Of a stretch of DNA of 64,000 nucleotides, positions 36,069 through 46,001 are shown in pieces. The DNA comes from Methanomassiliicoccales archaeon (GTDB lineage: Archaea > Thermoplasmatota > Thermoplasmata > Methanomassiliicoccales > UBA472). The DNA is taken from the NCBI GenBank assembly GCA_036677555.1, contig JAVBWG010000008.1, forward strand, positions 5,453 through 69,452. The letters are read 5' to 3'. Position 1 is the first letter of the stretch; every line of letters starts with the position of its first letter. The notes under the pieces were generated by a model that made no database searches, was not told the DNA's origin, and saw nothing but the letters and a program-made list of their open reading frames with translations. A program made the position numbers and the translations under genes.

Positions 36069-37052
36069 ATGATCGATCCAAAGCCCCGGGTGGTCATCAG
36101 CCGCTGCATCGAGTTCGAGGCGTGCCGGTACAACGGGGCGATGATCAACAGCGAACTCGTGCTTCGGCTCATGCCGTACGTGGAGTTCCTCCCGGTATGC
36201 ATGGAGGCCGACATGGGCCTGGGCGTTCCCCGGGACCCGGTCCGCATCGTGCGCGTTGAGGGGGAGGACCGCCTCCTGCAGCCCAGCACCGGAAGGGACG
36301 TGACGGAGGCGGCCCTGCGCTTCACCCGGGAGCACCTGGCCAACCTCAGGGACGTGGACGGGTTCCTGCTCAAGAACCGCTCCCCCTCCTGCGGCATCAA
36401 GGACGTGAGGGTGTATCCGCCGGGGGAGGGGAAGGCGGTGCTGACCGGAAGGTCGGCCGGGATCTTCGCCCGGGAGGCAGCGGCGGCCTTCCCCCAGCTG
36501 GCCATGGAGGACGAGGCCCGCCTTCTGAACGGGCGGATCGCCGACCACTTCCTCACCCGCATATTCACATCCGCCCGCTTCCGAGGCTGCATGGAAAAGG
36601 GGACCTCCAAGGCGCTCATGGACTTCCACGCCAGGCACAAGCTGCTGCTCATGGGCTACAACCAGGCGGCCATGCGCCGACTGGGCCGCATAGCCTCCTC
36701 CGCCGTGCCGGTCGAGGAGCGGATGCTGGAATACTCCGCCGAGCTGAACGGCGCCCTGCGCCGGCCGCCCAACTGCCGGTCCTGGAACAACGTGCTGATG
36801 CACGCCATGGGGTATTTCTCGGAGGAGCTGGACGCCAAGGAGAGGCAGCACTTCCTGCGCTCCCTGGAGTGGCACGCCCAGGGGAAGGTGCCGCTGAGCG
36901 CGCCGCTGCTGATGGTACGTTCCTGGGCCTTGAGGCGCGGGGAGGAATATCTGCTGCAGCAGGCGCTGTTCGAACCATACCCCGAGGAGTTCATGGGGCT
37001 TCTCGGTACGGAGGCCTGCGCCGGGCGCGACCTATGGGAGGGCCTCCGATAA
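36069..37052 (+). CDS. DUF523-DUF1722 fusion protein (YbgA-like)
   Basis: N-terminal PRVVISRCIEFEACRYNG (DUF523 Cys pattern). C-terminal helical half with HFL..E...F...L (DUF1722-like). Track start TTG 36048; ATG 36069 fits the family N-terminus. Confidence 0.7.
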   Translation: MIDPKPRVVISRCIEFEACRYNGAMINSELVLRLMPYVEFLPVCMEADMGLGVPRDPVRIVRVEGEDRLLQPSTGRDVTEAALRFTREHLANLRDVDGFLLKNRSPSCGIKDVRVYPPGEGKAVLTGRSAGIFAREAAAAFPQLAMEDEARLLNGRIADHFLTRIFTSARFRGCMEKGTSKALMDFHARHKLLLMGYNQAAMRRLGRIASSAVPVEERMLEYSAELNGALRRPPNCRSWNNVLMHAMGYFSEELDAKERQHFLRSLEWHAQGKVPLSAPLLMVRSWALRRGEEYLLQQALFEPYPEEFMGLLGTEACAGRDLWEGLR

Positions 37053-37088
37053 GATATTAATCCGCAGGCGGCGATCCCTGTTCCCAGC

Positions 37089-38009
37089 ATGACCACTCTG
37101 AACGCGGTGCTCAAGGAGATATTGGAATCGAGGGGCTTCCTGGTGGACCAGTCCGGGCCCTTCGTGCGCGGGCGCCGCGACAGCATAGAGCTTCATCTCT
37201 TCCCGTACGCGAGGCATTCTCCCGCGGCCATGGAGGAGCTGACCAAGGCAGCCCCGACCGTCAGGGGGAAGGTGGTCCTGGCCGCGCTCGTCCCGTTGGC
37301 CGAATCGACCTTGGCCGCCCTGCCGCCGGGGGTGGTCGTATGGGACCGCGAGGCGGTGGAGCACGAGATCGGACGAACCCGCATCGAGAAGCTTGTGGGC
37401 GAGGAGGACCATGGTCTGATCGACGACCTCTACGCCGATGACGTGCCGGTCCTTGAGGATGCCCCGGAGATGGGGGAGGAGGAGCGTATCGTGCCCCTCC
37501 ACATGTCGTTGCAGGACGTGGTGGAGCTGTCCTCCAAGACCGTGGGAGGTTTCAGCCATCGCCTGGAGCTGGTGCCGCATTACCTTTTCAGCTACCAGGT
37601 GCCTCTGTACGTGGGGGAGGGGAAGATCGGCGGCCGCGAGGGGACCGTGGCCGTGAACGCCCTGACCAAGGACGTGCAGTCCTGGGACCAGGTCCCGGAG
37701 ACCGTGGCCAGCCTGGACCAGGGGCACAAGCGCCTAGAGCCCATACTAGAGGAGGACGAGGCCTCCGCCCTGGCCCGTTCGAACGTGGAGAGGGAGCACA
37801 CCTACGAGAGGGACATGGTCAGGGAGAACGGGCAGGTGACCATGACCGAGAGGGTGGCGGTGCATCCCCGCCTGGACCTGGGGTCAGTGAGGTCGCTCGG
37901 CATCTATTACGTCCCGATATGGTGCGTGGAAGGCACCAAAGGGGTCATGATACTCAACGCCAGCACCGGCAAGGTGCTCAGCGAGGACTATTTCCGGGAC
38001 ATCAGCTGA
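37089..38009 (+). CDS. Hypothetical protein (306 aa)
   Basis: Coding-like GC3 usage; acidic linker (EEDHGLIDDLYADDVPVLEDAPEMGEEE). C-terminal IYYVPIWCVEGTKGVMILNASTGKVL beta-hairpin motif; no family recognised. Confidence 0.6.
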   Translation: MTTLNAVLKEILESRGFLVDQSGPFVRGRRDSIELHLFPYARHSPAAMEELTKAAPTVRGKVVLAALVPLAESTLAALPPGVVVWDREAVEHEIGRTRIEKLVGEEDHGLIDDLYADDVPVLEDAPEMGEEERIVPLHMSLQDVVELSSKTVGGFSHRLELVPHYLFSYQVPLYVGEGKIGGREGTVAVNALTKDVQSWDQVPETVASLDQGHKRLEPILEEDEASALARSNVEREHTYERDMVRENGQVTMTERVAVHPRLDLGSVRSLGIYYVPIWCVEGTKGVMILNASTGKVLSEDYFRDIS

Positions 38010-38448
38010 GGCCGTCCAGGCGTCTCTGGATGTTCTTCCAGTGGGCTCCGTGCCAGTACACCTTTCCGCATTCGCGGCACACCCAGAACTCCTGATATCC
38101 GCCCCATGTGCCTTCCGGGACCCTGCCCTCCAATCGCCCCTTGGGGACCGTCTCGAGCGGACCGTTGCAGGCCGTGCAGCGAGTCCTCTTCGGATCGAAG
38201 CTCAGTCCGAACCTTTCCACCACCGCGGACAGCTGGGCGTCGAGATCGCCGCTCTCCAGATAGAACCCCCTGGCCCCTGCACGCTGCGCCAGCTGCCTGT
38301 CCCTGGTCAGAAGGTATCTTTCGCCAAGGAGCGCCAGCAGTTCGGAGTCCTTTTCATCCTTCAGATATGATGAGTCATATCCCATGATCCTCAGCCAGCG
38401 GGCCAGGGACCCCAGCATCCCGTCCAGGAGGAAGGACGGCTCAGCCAT
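38002..38448 (-). CDS. Mut7-C / DUF82 PIN-like RNase with C-terminal zinc ribbon
   Basis: Trimmed to ATG 38448. FLLDGMLGSLARWLRIMGYD N-terminus and CTACNG...CRECGKVYWHGAHW ribbon. Confidence 0.75.
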   Translation of the reverse strand: MAEPSFLLDGMLGSLARWLRIMGYDSSYLKDEKDSELLALLGERYLLTRDRQLAQRAGARGFYLESGDLDAQLSAVVERFGLSFDPKRTRCTACNGPLETVPKGRLEGRVPEGTWGGYQEFWVCRECGKVYWHGAHWKNIQRRLDGLS

Positions 38449-39076
38449 CCCGCCTGACCTCGTAGGTGAGGTGCACGCCGGAGCCCAGCAGTTCGCAGGA
38501 CACCAGTCGCAGCGGGACATGCTCGCCCAGCCGGAAGCCGTCCCCGTCAACCGGCGTGGGGGACCCCCTGCCGCCGATGATGAAATCGCCCACGAACACC
38601 GAGAAGACATCCACCAGTCCCGCCCGGAAGAAGGAGTAGATGGTCTCCCCTCCGCCCTCCACAAGGAGGGTGGACACTCCCCTGGTCCCTAGCAGCTCGA
38701 GCAGCGCCGGCAGGTCGATCGTGCCCTTGCCCAATCGGGCCGTCTCCGCTCCCGGGTACTGCCTGGAGCAGTCCTCCAGGGTGGCGATCAGGGTCGGGGC
38801 GCGGCCGTCCAGGACCAGGGCGTTCTCCGGAACCTTCCCCCGGGGGTCCAGGACCACCCTCAGGGCCTGACGCTCCTTAGGGAGGCCTTTCACCGTCAGG
38901 TGGGGGTCGTCCGCAAGGATGGTCCCGGCACCCACAAGGATCGCCTGGCATTCCGTCCGCAGCCGCTTCACCCGGTCCATGTCCTCCGGGGAGGAGATGC
39001 GCAGCTGCCTTCGCTCCGACCCGGCGATCTTCCCGTCCGGGGACATGGCGCAGTTCACGATCACCCTGGGCCTCAT
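38441..39076 (-). CDS. 2,5-diamino-6-(ribosylamino)-4(3H)-pyrimidinone 5'-phosphate reductase (RibD C-terminal-domain family)
   Basis: Trimmed to ATG 39076. Collinear with the archaeal riboflavin reductase: SPDGKIAG, ILVGAGTILADDPHLTV, LLVEGGGE, VGDFIIGG. Confidence 0.85.
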   Translation of the reverse strand: MRPRVIVNCAMSPDGKIAGSERRQLRISSPEDMDRVKRLRTECQAILVGAGTILADDPHLTVKGLPKERQALRVVLDPRGKVPENALVLDGRAPTLIATLEDCSRQYPGAETARLGKGTIDLPALLELLGTRGVSTLLVEGGGETIYSFFRAGLVDVFSVFVGDFIIGGRGSPTPVDGDGFRLGEHVPLRLVSCELLGSGVHLTYEVRRDG

Positions 39077-39152
39077 GGACGGTGCATTCCCGTAGGTCAT
39101 CATAAGGGTGATGGGAAGGTTGATTAATAGCCCTAAACTGATATCCGCGGCG

Positions 39153-39932
39153 ATGAACGATTTCGACATAATCGAGCTGAAGAGGTCCAACCTGCGCGGC
39201 GCCACGGTCATCGAGGGCTTCTCCAGCATAGGCCTGGTCGGTTCCATCACCGCCAACTACCTGGTCAACCTGCTGGACCTGGACCTGGTGGCCATAATCG
39301 ATTCCCCGTACCTTCCTTCCGTCTCCATCGTCAGGGACGGCGTTCCCTACTCCCCCGTCCGGGTCTACTCCGGCGTGATCGGGGAGAAGGGCAGCGACAA
39401 GATCGTGGTCATCGTATCCGAGTTCGAGCCCCCGCAGGAGATACTCAAGCCCCTGGCCTGGACCATCATGGACTGGGTGGAGGACAAGGGCTGCAAGATG
39501 GTCATCTCGCCGGAAGGCCTCGCCAACAAGGCAGGCGAGGAGGCCGAGGAGCCGGAGGAGAAGGAGGATGCGGAGTTCAAGGTGTACGCCGTGGCCTCCA
39601 CGCCCAGGGCCAGGCAGCTGCTCATCAAGAACGACATCCCCATATTCGAGAACGGCGTGGTTGTCGGGCTGGCGGGAGTTCTTCTCAACGAGGGGGTGAA
39701 CCGCGGCTTCGATGTCGTGTCCATCCTGTCCGAGGCGCATTCCGACTATCCCGACGCCAGGGCGGCCGCGGCGGCCACCGAGGCCATCGACAAACTGCTC
39801 TTGCACACCCAGCTGGACACCCAGCCGCTACTGGAGGAGGCCGCCCTGATCGAAGAGGCGTTGAAGGAGATCAAGAAGAAGACCGGGGAGAGCGAGGAGC
39901 TGGCCAAGAAGCGCTCCATCATGTACGGCTGA
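39153..39932 (+). CDS. PAC2-family proteasome assembly chaperone (COG1938)
   Basis: ATVIEGFSSIGLVGSITANYLV...PVRVYSG pattern; acidic insert; C-terminal helix ending MYG. Confidence 0.7.
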   Translation: MNDFDIIELKRSNLRGATVIEGFSSIGLVGSITANYLVNLLDLDLVAIIDSPYLPSVSIVRDGVPYSPVRVYSGVIGEKGSDKIVVIVSEFEPPQEILKPLAWTIMDWVEDKGCKMVISPEGLANKAGEEAEEPEEKEDAEFKVYAVASTPRARQLLIKNDIPIFENGVVVGLAGVLLNEGVNRGFDVVSILSEAHSDYPDARAAAAATEAIDKLLLHTQLDTQPLLEEAALIEEALKEIKKKTGESEELAKKRSIMYG

Positions 39933-40929
39933 GCACCTCGATGCGGTGCGGCGACCCATCCCCCGCCCGGAACCGCACCGGCAGGAAGCTGGGGAGAAGG
40001 TGCATCTGCGAGGCCAGATGCCCGCTGACCTTCCCCACGGTGAAGCATGATCCCCCACCGGCCAATGCCATGTAGGTTATCAGCTGATCGGCGGTGCGGG
40101 GGTCGAGGGTTCCCCCCAGGTCCATGACCTGCCTCAGGCAGCCTGCCGCCTCCATGCCCACCTTCTCAGCCGGCACGCCCCTCTCCCCCAGGGCGCTCCA
40201 TCCTAGGATCGTGTTCGCGTATTCCGCGGCCAGTGTCAGCCCGGCCCCAGGGCTCGGTCCCTCGGTGACCGACCTCTCAGCCATCAGCCCAGGGAACACC
40301 TCCCTGGCTGAGGCGACCATGCGTTCGGCCACCTTCTCCGGCAGGTTCTGCACGCAGGCCCGCCCGTGCACTGCGACCAGCTCTCCACGTTCCTCCAGGC
40401 GCAGCGGTGAGAGCGGACCGCCCCTGACCCTCAGCCTCACCACGCCTCCGCCCTTGGGATGGAAGCCACGCCTCTCCACGGTCATCTCCAGGTCGGCCCC
40501 CATCCTTCTCAGCAGGGGGAACAGCACCAGCTGATAGTGGTCCGCTGGCGGGGACCAGCGGACGTCTGTGCCGCCCTTGAGGCGCAGCTCTGTCTCCACC
40601 GGCGAAGCGACCAGGACGGGGAGCGCGGACTGCATGAGCAGGGTGAGGCTTCCCGCGGTGCCCACATCATACTCGTAGGCTCCACCGGCGACCTTTCCAG
40701 GAACGAAGGTCAGCTCTGCCGATCCGGCGGCATCCCCTTCCACCCGCGCCGCGCACAGTCGCTTCATCAACCGGACCCCGGCCAGGTGCTGCGGCTTAAG
40801 ACCCGGGTCGGGCCGTCCGGCCCGGATTCCGGTGATGTGGAACGGCTGGCCGGTGAGGGCGGACAACGACAGGGCGGTGCGCACGGTCTGCCCCCCTCCC
40901 TCCCCCTCTGAACCGTCCAGCTCGATCAT
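39919..40929 (-). CDS. rtcA: RNA 3'-terminal phosphate cyclase
   Basis: Trimmed to ATG 40929. IELDGSEGEGGGQTVRTALSLSALTGQPFHITGIRAGRPDPGLKPQHL, catalytic His region FHPKGGG. Confidence 0.9.
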   Translation of the reverse strand: MIELDGSEGEGGGQTVRTALSLSALTGQPFHITGIRAGRPDPGLKPQHLAGVRLMKRLCAARVEGDAAGSAELTFVPGKVAGGAYEYDVGTAGSLTLLMQSALPVLVASPVETELRLKGGTDVRWSPPADHYQLVLFPLLRRMGADLEMTVERRGFHPKGGGVVRLRVRGGPLSPLRLEERGELVAVHGRACVQNLPEKVAERMVASAREVFPGLMAERSVTEGPSPGAGLTLAAEYANTILGWSALGERGVPAEKVGMEAAGCLRQVMDLGGTLDPRTADQLITYMALAGGGSCFTVGKVSGHLASQMHLLPSFLPVRFRAGDGSPHRIEVLSRT

Positions 40930-43676
40930 CGAACCTTCCCGGAATGGCGTGCGGCCACCTTCCATGCCTCGTTCAGGACCAGGGCGATCATGCTGAGAGG
41001 CAGGACCAGCGCCCACTCCTCCCAGCCCAGCTGCGCGGTGCGGAAGGCGTCGCTCAGTCCGGGCAAATAGACCACGGCCAGCTGCAACAGCGCCGAGACC
41101 ATCACCGCGGCGATCATCTTGCGGTTGGTGAAAAGCCCGAGCCTTCCTATGGTAAGCGTCTGGGACCGGGCGGAGAAGGCGAAGAACAGCTGCGAGAACA
41201 CCATGGTGCAGAACGCCACGGTCCTGGCGTGGCGCACCTCATCCCCTCCGTCCGGCAGCCCAAGGACGTCCACCAGCATGAAAGCCAGCAGTGCGGAGAG
41301 GGCGAAGGCGCCGCCGATGGACAGCACCCGGACGGCGGTGCGCCTGGTCACCGGCGGCTCCTTCGGGTCGTTCGGCGGGCGCTCCATTATGTTCGGCTCA
41401 ATTGGCTCGACGCCCAATGCCAGGGCCGGCAGCCCGTCCGTGACCAGGTTCATCCAGAGCAGGTGCACCGGCAGCAGGAACGGTATGAACTCCGGGTCCA
41501 CGAATATCAGGCTGGCGACGAACATGGCGATGACCTCGCCGGAGTTGCATGACAGCAGGAAGGCCACGAACTTGCGGATGTTGTCATAGACGCCGCGTCC
41601 CTCCTCCACGGCGTTGACGATGGAGGCGAAGTTGTCGTCCATGAGCACCATCTGGGACGCCTCCTTGGAGACGTCCGTTCCGGTGATGCCCATGGCCACG
41701 CCGATGTCTGCCTTCTTCAGGGCCGGGGCGTCGTTCACCCCATCCCCGGTCATGGCCACGATCTCCCCGCGGGCCTGCAGGGCGTCGACTATGCGCACCT
41801 TGTGCTCGGGCGCCACGCGGGCGAACACGCTCACGTCCTTCAGCAGCTCCGCAAGCTCACCGTCGGAGGCGGTCTCCAACACCTGGCCGTTGATGACCTT
41901 GTCATGGCCGGGCTCGGCTATCCCCATCTCCATGGCGATGGCGCGCGCGGTCAGCTCATGGTCGCCGGTTATCATGATCACCCGAATCCCGGCGGTGCGG
42001 CATCTCCTGACCGCATCCACAGCCTCCTTTCGCGGGGCGTCGATCATTCCGACCAGGCCGAGGAATGTGAACTCCCTTTCCAGGGCGGTCTCCTCCAGCG
42101 GGACGTCCGTGACGTCGCGTACAGCGATCGCCAGGACCCGCAGGGCCCGGCCGGCCATCTCGTTGTTCTTGGCCAGCAGCGAATCCGCCGCCTCCCGGTC
42201 GAGGTCCAGATCCTTCTCCCTCGCCCGGCGTCTGCTGCACAGGGGGACGACGCTCTCCGCCGCCCCCTTCATGAAGGCCATCTTCCTTCCGTCCACCTCG
42301 TGGACGGTGGTCATCCGTTTCTTCACCGAATCGAAGGCTAGTTCGAATATCCGGGGGGAATGCTTCAGCAGCTCGCCCTCATCGATTCCGGCCTTGCGGG
42401 CGGTGACAATGAGCGTCCCTTCCGTGGGGTCCCCGCGCACCCTCCACTTGCCATCCTCCTGGTAGAGCGAGGAATCGTTGCACAGCGCCCCGGCCACCAG
42501 CAGCATGGCCAGGTCCTCGCGCTTGGCCATGTCGATCGTTTCCCCCTGCAGGAGGAACTTGCCCTGGGGCTCGAAACCCTCGCCGGAGACGTTCATGGTC
42601 TCCTCCATGAAGATCTCCCGGATGTTCATCTCGCCCTTGGTCAGCGTTCCGGTCTTGTCGGTGCATATCACAGTGGCGCTGCCCAATGATTCCACCGCGG
42701 GGAGCTTTCGCATCACCGCCCTGCGCTTGGCCATGCGCTGCAGTCCCAGGGCCAGGGAGATGGTCACCACCGCCGGAAGCCCTTCCGGTATCGCCGCCAC
42801 CGCCAGACTCACGGAGGTCAGGAACATCTCCTCCGCCGCCACTCCTCTCAGGTAACCCACGGCGAAGATGAATATGCATACCCCGAGGACCATTAACCCC
42901 AGCTGCTTGCCCAGGCGGTCAAGCTTCTTCTGCAGGGGCGTGTCTTCGTCATCGGACTGCACCATCCTGGCGATGTTGCCCAGCTGGGTCAGCATGCCGG
43001 TGGAGGTGACCACCGCCCGGCCGCGCCCGTGGTCCACGGTGCATCCTGAGAACACCATGTTGTCTCGGTCCGAGAGCAGCGTATCGGACGGGAGCACATC
43101 CGCAGCGTTCTTGCCCACCGGCAGCGACTCCCCGGTCAGGGAGGCCTCATTGGTCTTGAGGTTGGCCGCCTCCAGGAGGCGGGCGTCGGCGGATATCCGA
43201 TCCCCGGTGGCCAGGACGATCACGTCCCCAGGCACCAGATCGCAGGAAGGGACGCTCATCTCTTCTCCGTCCCTGACCACATTGGCCTTGGGGGCCGCCA
43301 TGTCCCGCAGGGCCTGCATGGTCTTCTCCGCCCGGTAGTTCTGCACGAAGCCCAGTACGGCGTTCACCAGAACGATCACCATGATTATCCCGGCGTCCAG
43401 GTATTCCTCCGTGGAATCCTTCCAGACCCCGATCCCGGCCGAGATCAGGGCGGCGATGATGAGGATGATCACCATGTAGTCCCTGAACTGGTCGATGAAG
43501 ATCATCAGCGGCGATATCTTCCGTCCCTCGTTCAGCTCGTTGGGACCGTAGCGGGCCAGCCGTTCCGCGGCCTCCGCCGAGGTCAGCCCCCGCCCGGTGC
43601 TGCCCAGGGCCTTCAAGGCCTCCTCCCCGCTCATGGCATGGAACTCAGTGGACATATCAGACCCGGATGGCAACAC
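40926..43676 (-). CDS. P-type ATPase, P2 (Ca2+/cation-transporting) type
   Basis: CTDKTGTLT, TGES, IPEGLPAVVT, MITGDH, TGDGVNDAPALKKADIG. GTG 43676 or ATG 43655 start. Confidence 0.9.
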   Translation of the reverse strand: MLPSGSDMSTEFHAMSGEEALKALGSTGRGLTSAEAAERLARYGPNELNEGRKISPLMIFIDQFRDYMVIILIIAALISAGIGVWKDSTEEYLDAGIIMVIVLVNAVLGFVQNYRAEKTMQALRDMAAPKANVVRDGEEMSVPSCDLVPGDVIVLATGDRISADARLLEAANLKTNEASLTGESLPVGKNAADVLPSDTLLSDRDNMVFSGCTVDHGRGRAVVTSTGMLTQLGNIARMVQSDDEDTPLQKKLDRLGKQLGLMVLGVCIFIFAVGYLRGVAAEEMFLTSVSLAVAAIPEGLPAVVTISLALGLQRMAKRRAVMRKLPAVESLGSATVICTDKTGTLTKGEMNIREIFMEETMNVSGEGFEPQGKFLLQGETIDMAKREDLAMLLVAGALCNDSSLYQEDGKWRVRGDPTEGTLIVTARKAGIDEGELLKHSPRIFELAFDSVKKRMTTVHEVDGRKMAFMKGAAESVVPLCSRRRAREKDLDLDREAADSLLAKNNEMAGRALRVLAIAVRDVTDVPLEETALEREFTFLGLVGMIDAPRKEAVDAVRRCRTAGIRVIMITGDHELTARAIAMEMGIAEPGHDKVINGQVLETASDGELAELLKDVSVFARVAPEHKVRIVDALQARGEIVAMTGDGVNDAPALKKADIGVAMGITGTDVSKEASQMVLMDDNFASIVNAVEEGRGVYDNIRKFVAFLLSCNSGEVIAMFVASLIFVDPEFIPFLLPVHLLWMNLVTDGLPALALGVEPIEPNIMERPPNDPKEPPVTRRTAVRVLSIGGAFALSALLAFMLVDVLGLPDGGDEVRHARTVAFCTMVFSQLFFAFSARSQTLTIGRLGLFTNRKMIAAVMVSALLQLAVVYLPGLSDAFRTAQLGWEEWALVLPLSMIALVLNEAWKVAARHSGKVR

Positions 43677-43860
43677 CCTTGTGATTTATTATAACCAGCG
43701 CTGAGTTTTTCTGATGATGTGGAGGAAGGCCAGATTCGGACAATTATAAATAAGGTGTAATACTATAACCTGGCGGGATGCACTAGGGTCAACGCTCAAC
43801 AGGCGGGCCCCTCGATGACTGGAAGGTCTGACGGCAAAGGGCGAACGCTTCCAGCACACA

Positions 43861-45855
43861 GTGACATCTGCGCAGGCAGGCGAGATGATAGCAACTGACG
43901 GTCTGATGTTCGAGGTCGGGATCATTATGCTGATAGCCTTCATCGGCGCAGCAGTGGCCTCGAAAGCCAGACAGAGCGTCATCCTCGGATACATTCTGGC
44001 CGGGATGCTCATCGGGCCCTACATTTCCGTGGAGCTTTTCGGCTACACGTACGACGGGCTGGTGCACGACACCGGTTTCATCGAGATGCTGTCAAGCATG
44101 GGACTTACCCTGCTGATGTTCTTCGTCGGCCTGGGATTCTCCATGACCAAGCTCAAGAAGACCAGGGCCCCGGCGATAATCCTGGCCCTGATGGACGTCG
44201 GCCTCGGGATGTTCCTGGGCATTCTGATCGGCTTCGCCCTGGGCTGGCCTATAGTGGACACCGTGTTTCTGGCCGGGGTCATCTCAATGAGCTCGGTGGC
44301 CATCACCGGCAAGGCCCTGGAGGAGATGGAACGCTCATCCAGTCCGGAGACGGAGTATCTGCTCGGGACGGTCATAGTGGAGAGCTTCCTGTCCATGGTC
44401 CTGCTGACCATCGTCGGCGGCCTGATGTTCAAGTCCGACGCGGGCGGAATGAACATGACCCGCCTTATCATCGGCATCCTGGCATTCTACGCGTTCTTCA
44501 TTTTCCTGGCCATAGTCGTCGTCCCCAGGGTGGTCAAGCACTTCGAGAGCATCAAGAGCAACGAGCTCTTCGTGCTGTTCGCCCTCGGGCTGGTGTTCCT
44601 CTCCGCCGCCCTGGCCGAGGTCGCCGGGGTGCCGGCGATCATCGGCGCCTTCTTCCTGGGCATGGTCTTCGCGGAGACCAAGCTCGCCGAGCGCATCGAG
44701 GACCGCATCACCCCCTTCCGGGACGCCCTGGTGGCGGTGTTCTTCATCACCTTCGGCATGATGATCGACCTCAGCATGCTGTACTCCATCGTGCCAATAC
44801 TTCTGATAGCCGTTCCAGTGACCTTGTTCTATGAGGTCATAATGCTCAGTTCGATCTCCTATCTCCTGGGATTCACCTCCAGGGCGGCGACGTTCATAGG
44901 AACGGCCATGACCGGCCGCTCCTCGGAAGCGATCATGTACGCAAGCGTGGGAAGCAATTCCCCCGCGATGTCCAAGGGGACCGAGCTGAATCCATTCGCC
45001 GGGGCGTTCTGCTTCATCATGAGCATGGTCGCCCCCTCACTCATGAAGCACAGCGGAGGGCTTACCCGTTCCCTCACCAAGGTAGTTCCCAAGTTCCTCA
45101 TCTACGGTGGTTCGCTAATCAACCGCACCATGAGCAAGATCATCCTGCCATCTACAATCAAGCTGTTCGAGAGGACCCGCCGCCTGGAGGCGCTGGTGAT
45201 CATCTACTTCGTGGACCTGGTCTGCATAATGGTGCTGCCTTTCCCCTACAGCATCCTGGCCTTCGTTCTGGGCGGCCTAATCGTCATGATCATCTACGCC
45301 ACCCTGGAGAGCGACATGTACTCCATCGTGCGCACCGTCAATTATGACAACCTTGGAGTGGTCACCCGGGACCCGGGGCACATCAGCCGTTTCATTTCCG
45401 GGTTCGTAAGCCTGAGCCTGGTGACCATCCTGTCGCTTGCGGCCCTCTTCGCCTTCTGGTGGGCCTCCTCGGTAGTTGTCCTGTTCATCTACTTCCTGAT
45501 AGTCATGAGCATGTCGCGCAGCGTGCACAGGCTGACCCGCACCCCGGCCTTCAACATCGGTGCCAGGCCGGTCAAGCGCCGTGCCCCCCGCAAGAAGCAA
45601 AAGCCCTTCCAGCCCAGCTTCAACGCTCCCGCCGCCCGCCCCGACCCCGGCTGGGACTTCGATGACCCGGTGCCGGAACGCCCGGCCGCGGCGCCGGTGA
45701 GGAGGACCGACCCCGGCTGGGACATCGGCCCTCCAAGCTTTGAGGCTGGCGAGAATGAGGAGGCGCACGAGAAGCCCAAGAAGCGCAAGCCTAAGGAGAA
45801 CGCTACCGCTCCGGAAGCTATGGCGGGCGATGAGGACAAGTGGGGCCGGCTGTAG
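43861..45855 (+). CDS. CPA2-family cation:proton antiporter with long C-terminal extension
   Basis: N-terminal SVILGYILAGMLIGPY and ~12 TM exchanger core. Extra TM helices, then a Pro-rich tail with DPGWDF/DPGWDI repeat. Start uncertain (GTG 43861, ATG 43885). Confidence 0.8.
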   Translation: MTSAQAGEMIATDGLMFEVGIIMLIAFIGAAVASKARQSVILGYILAGMLIGPYISVELFGYTYDGLVHDTGFIEMLSSMGLTLLMFFVGLGFSMTKLKKTRAPAIILALMDVGLGMFLGILIGFALGWPIVDTVFLAGVISMSSVAITGKALEEMERSSSPETEYLLGTVIVESFLSMVLLTIVGGLMFKSDAGGMNMTRLIIGILAFYAFFIFLAIVVVPRVVKHFESIKSNELFVLFALGLVFLSAALAEVAGVPAIIGAFFLGMVFAETKLAERIEDRITPFRDALVAVFFITFGMMIDLSMLYSIVPILLIAVPVTLFYEVIMLSSISYLLGFTSRAATFIGTAMTGRSSEAIMYASVGSNSPAMSKGTELNPFAGAFCFIMSMVAPSLMKHSGGLTRSLTKVVPKFLIYGGSLINRTMSKIILPSTIKLFERTRRLEALVIIYFVDLVCIMVLPFPYSILAFVLGGLIVMIIYATLESDMYSIVRTVNYDNLGVVTRDPGHISRFISGFVSLSLVTILSLAALFAFWWASSVVVLFIYFLIVMSMSRSVHRLTRTPAFNIGARPVKRRAPRKKQKPFQPSFNAPAARPDPGWDFDDPVPERPAAAPVRRTDPGWDIGPPSFEAGENEEAHEKPKKRKPKENATAPEAMAGDEDKWGRL

Positions 45856-46001
45856 TACAATGTCATTATCGCAACGTTTCGTAACTGATCCGTCCGGCCC
45901 GTGAAGTTTTCCATCCTTCACTTATTATATATTTAATAAAACATTATTATCGCAATGGATACTGGGGGGGGAATCCTCTGAACGATCAAAAGCTTAAGAC
46001 C

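Noticed and set aside
36024-39806. Minus-strand ORFs 36024-36875 (283 aa), 37032-37727 (231 aa), 38877-39806 (309 aa) and similar
   Set aside because: Each is antisense to a better-supported plus-strand gene (DUF523/DUF1722, the 306-aa protein, PAC2), and each has shadow-ORF composition.
45864-45955. 10-nt direct repeat ATTATCGCAA (45865, 45946) and hairpin GTGAAG-N9-CTTCAC upstream of the beta-helix gene
   Set aside because: These are short and single-pair. They are plausibly just terminator/promoter elements of the antiporter and beta-helix genes, and not enough to call a mobile-element boundary.
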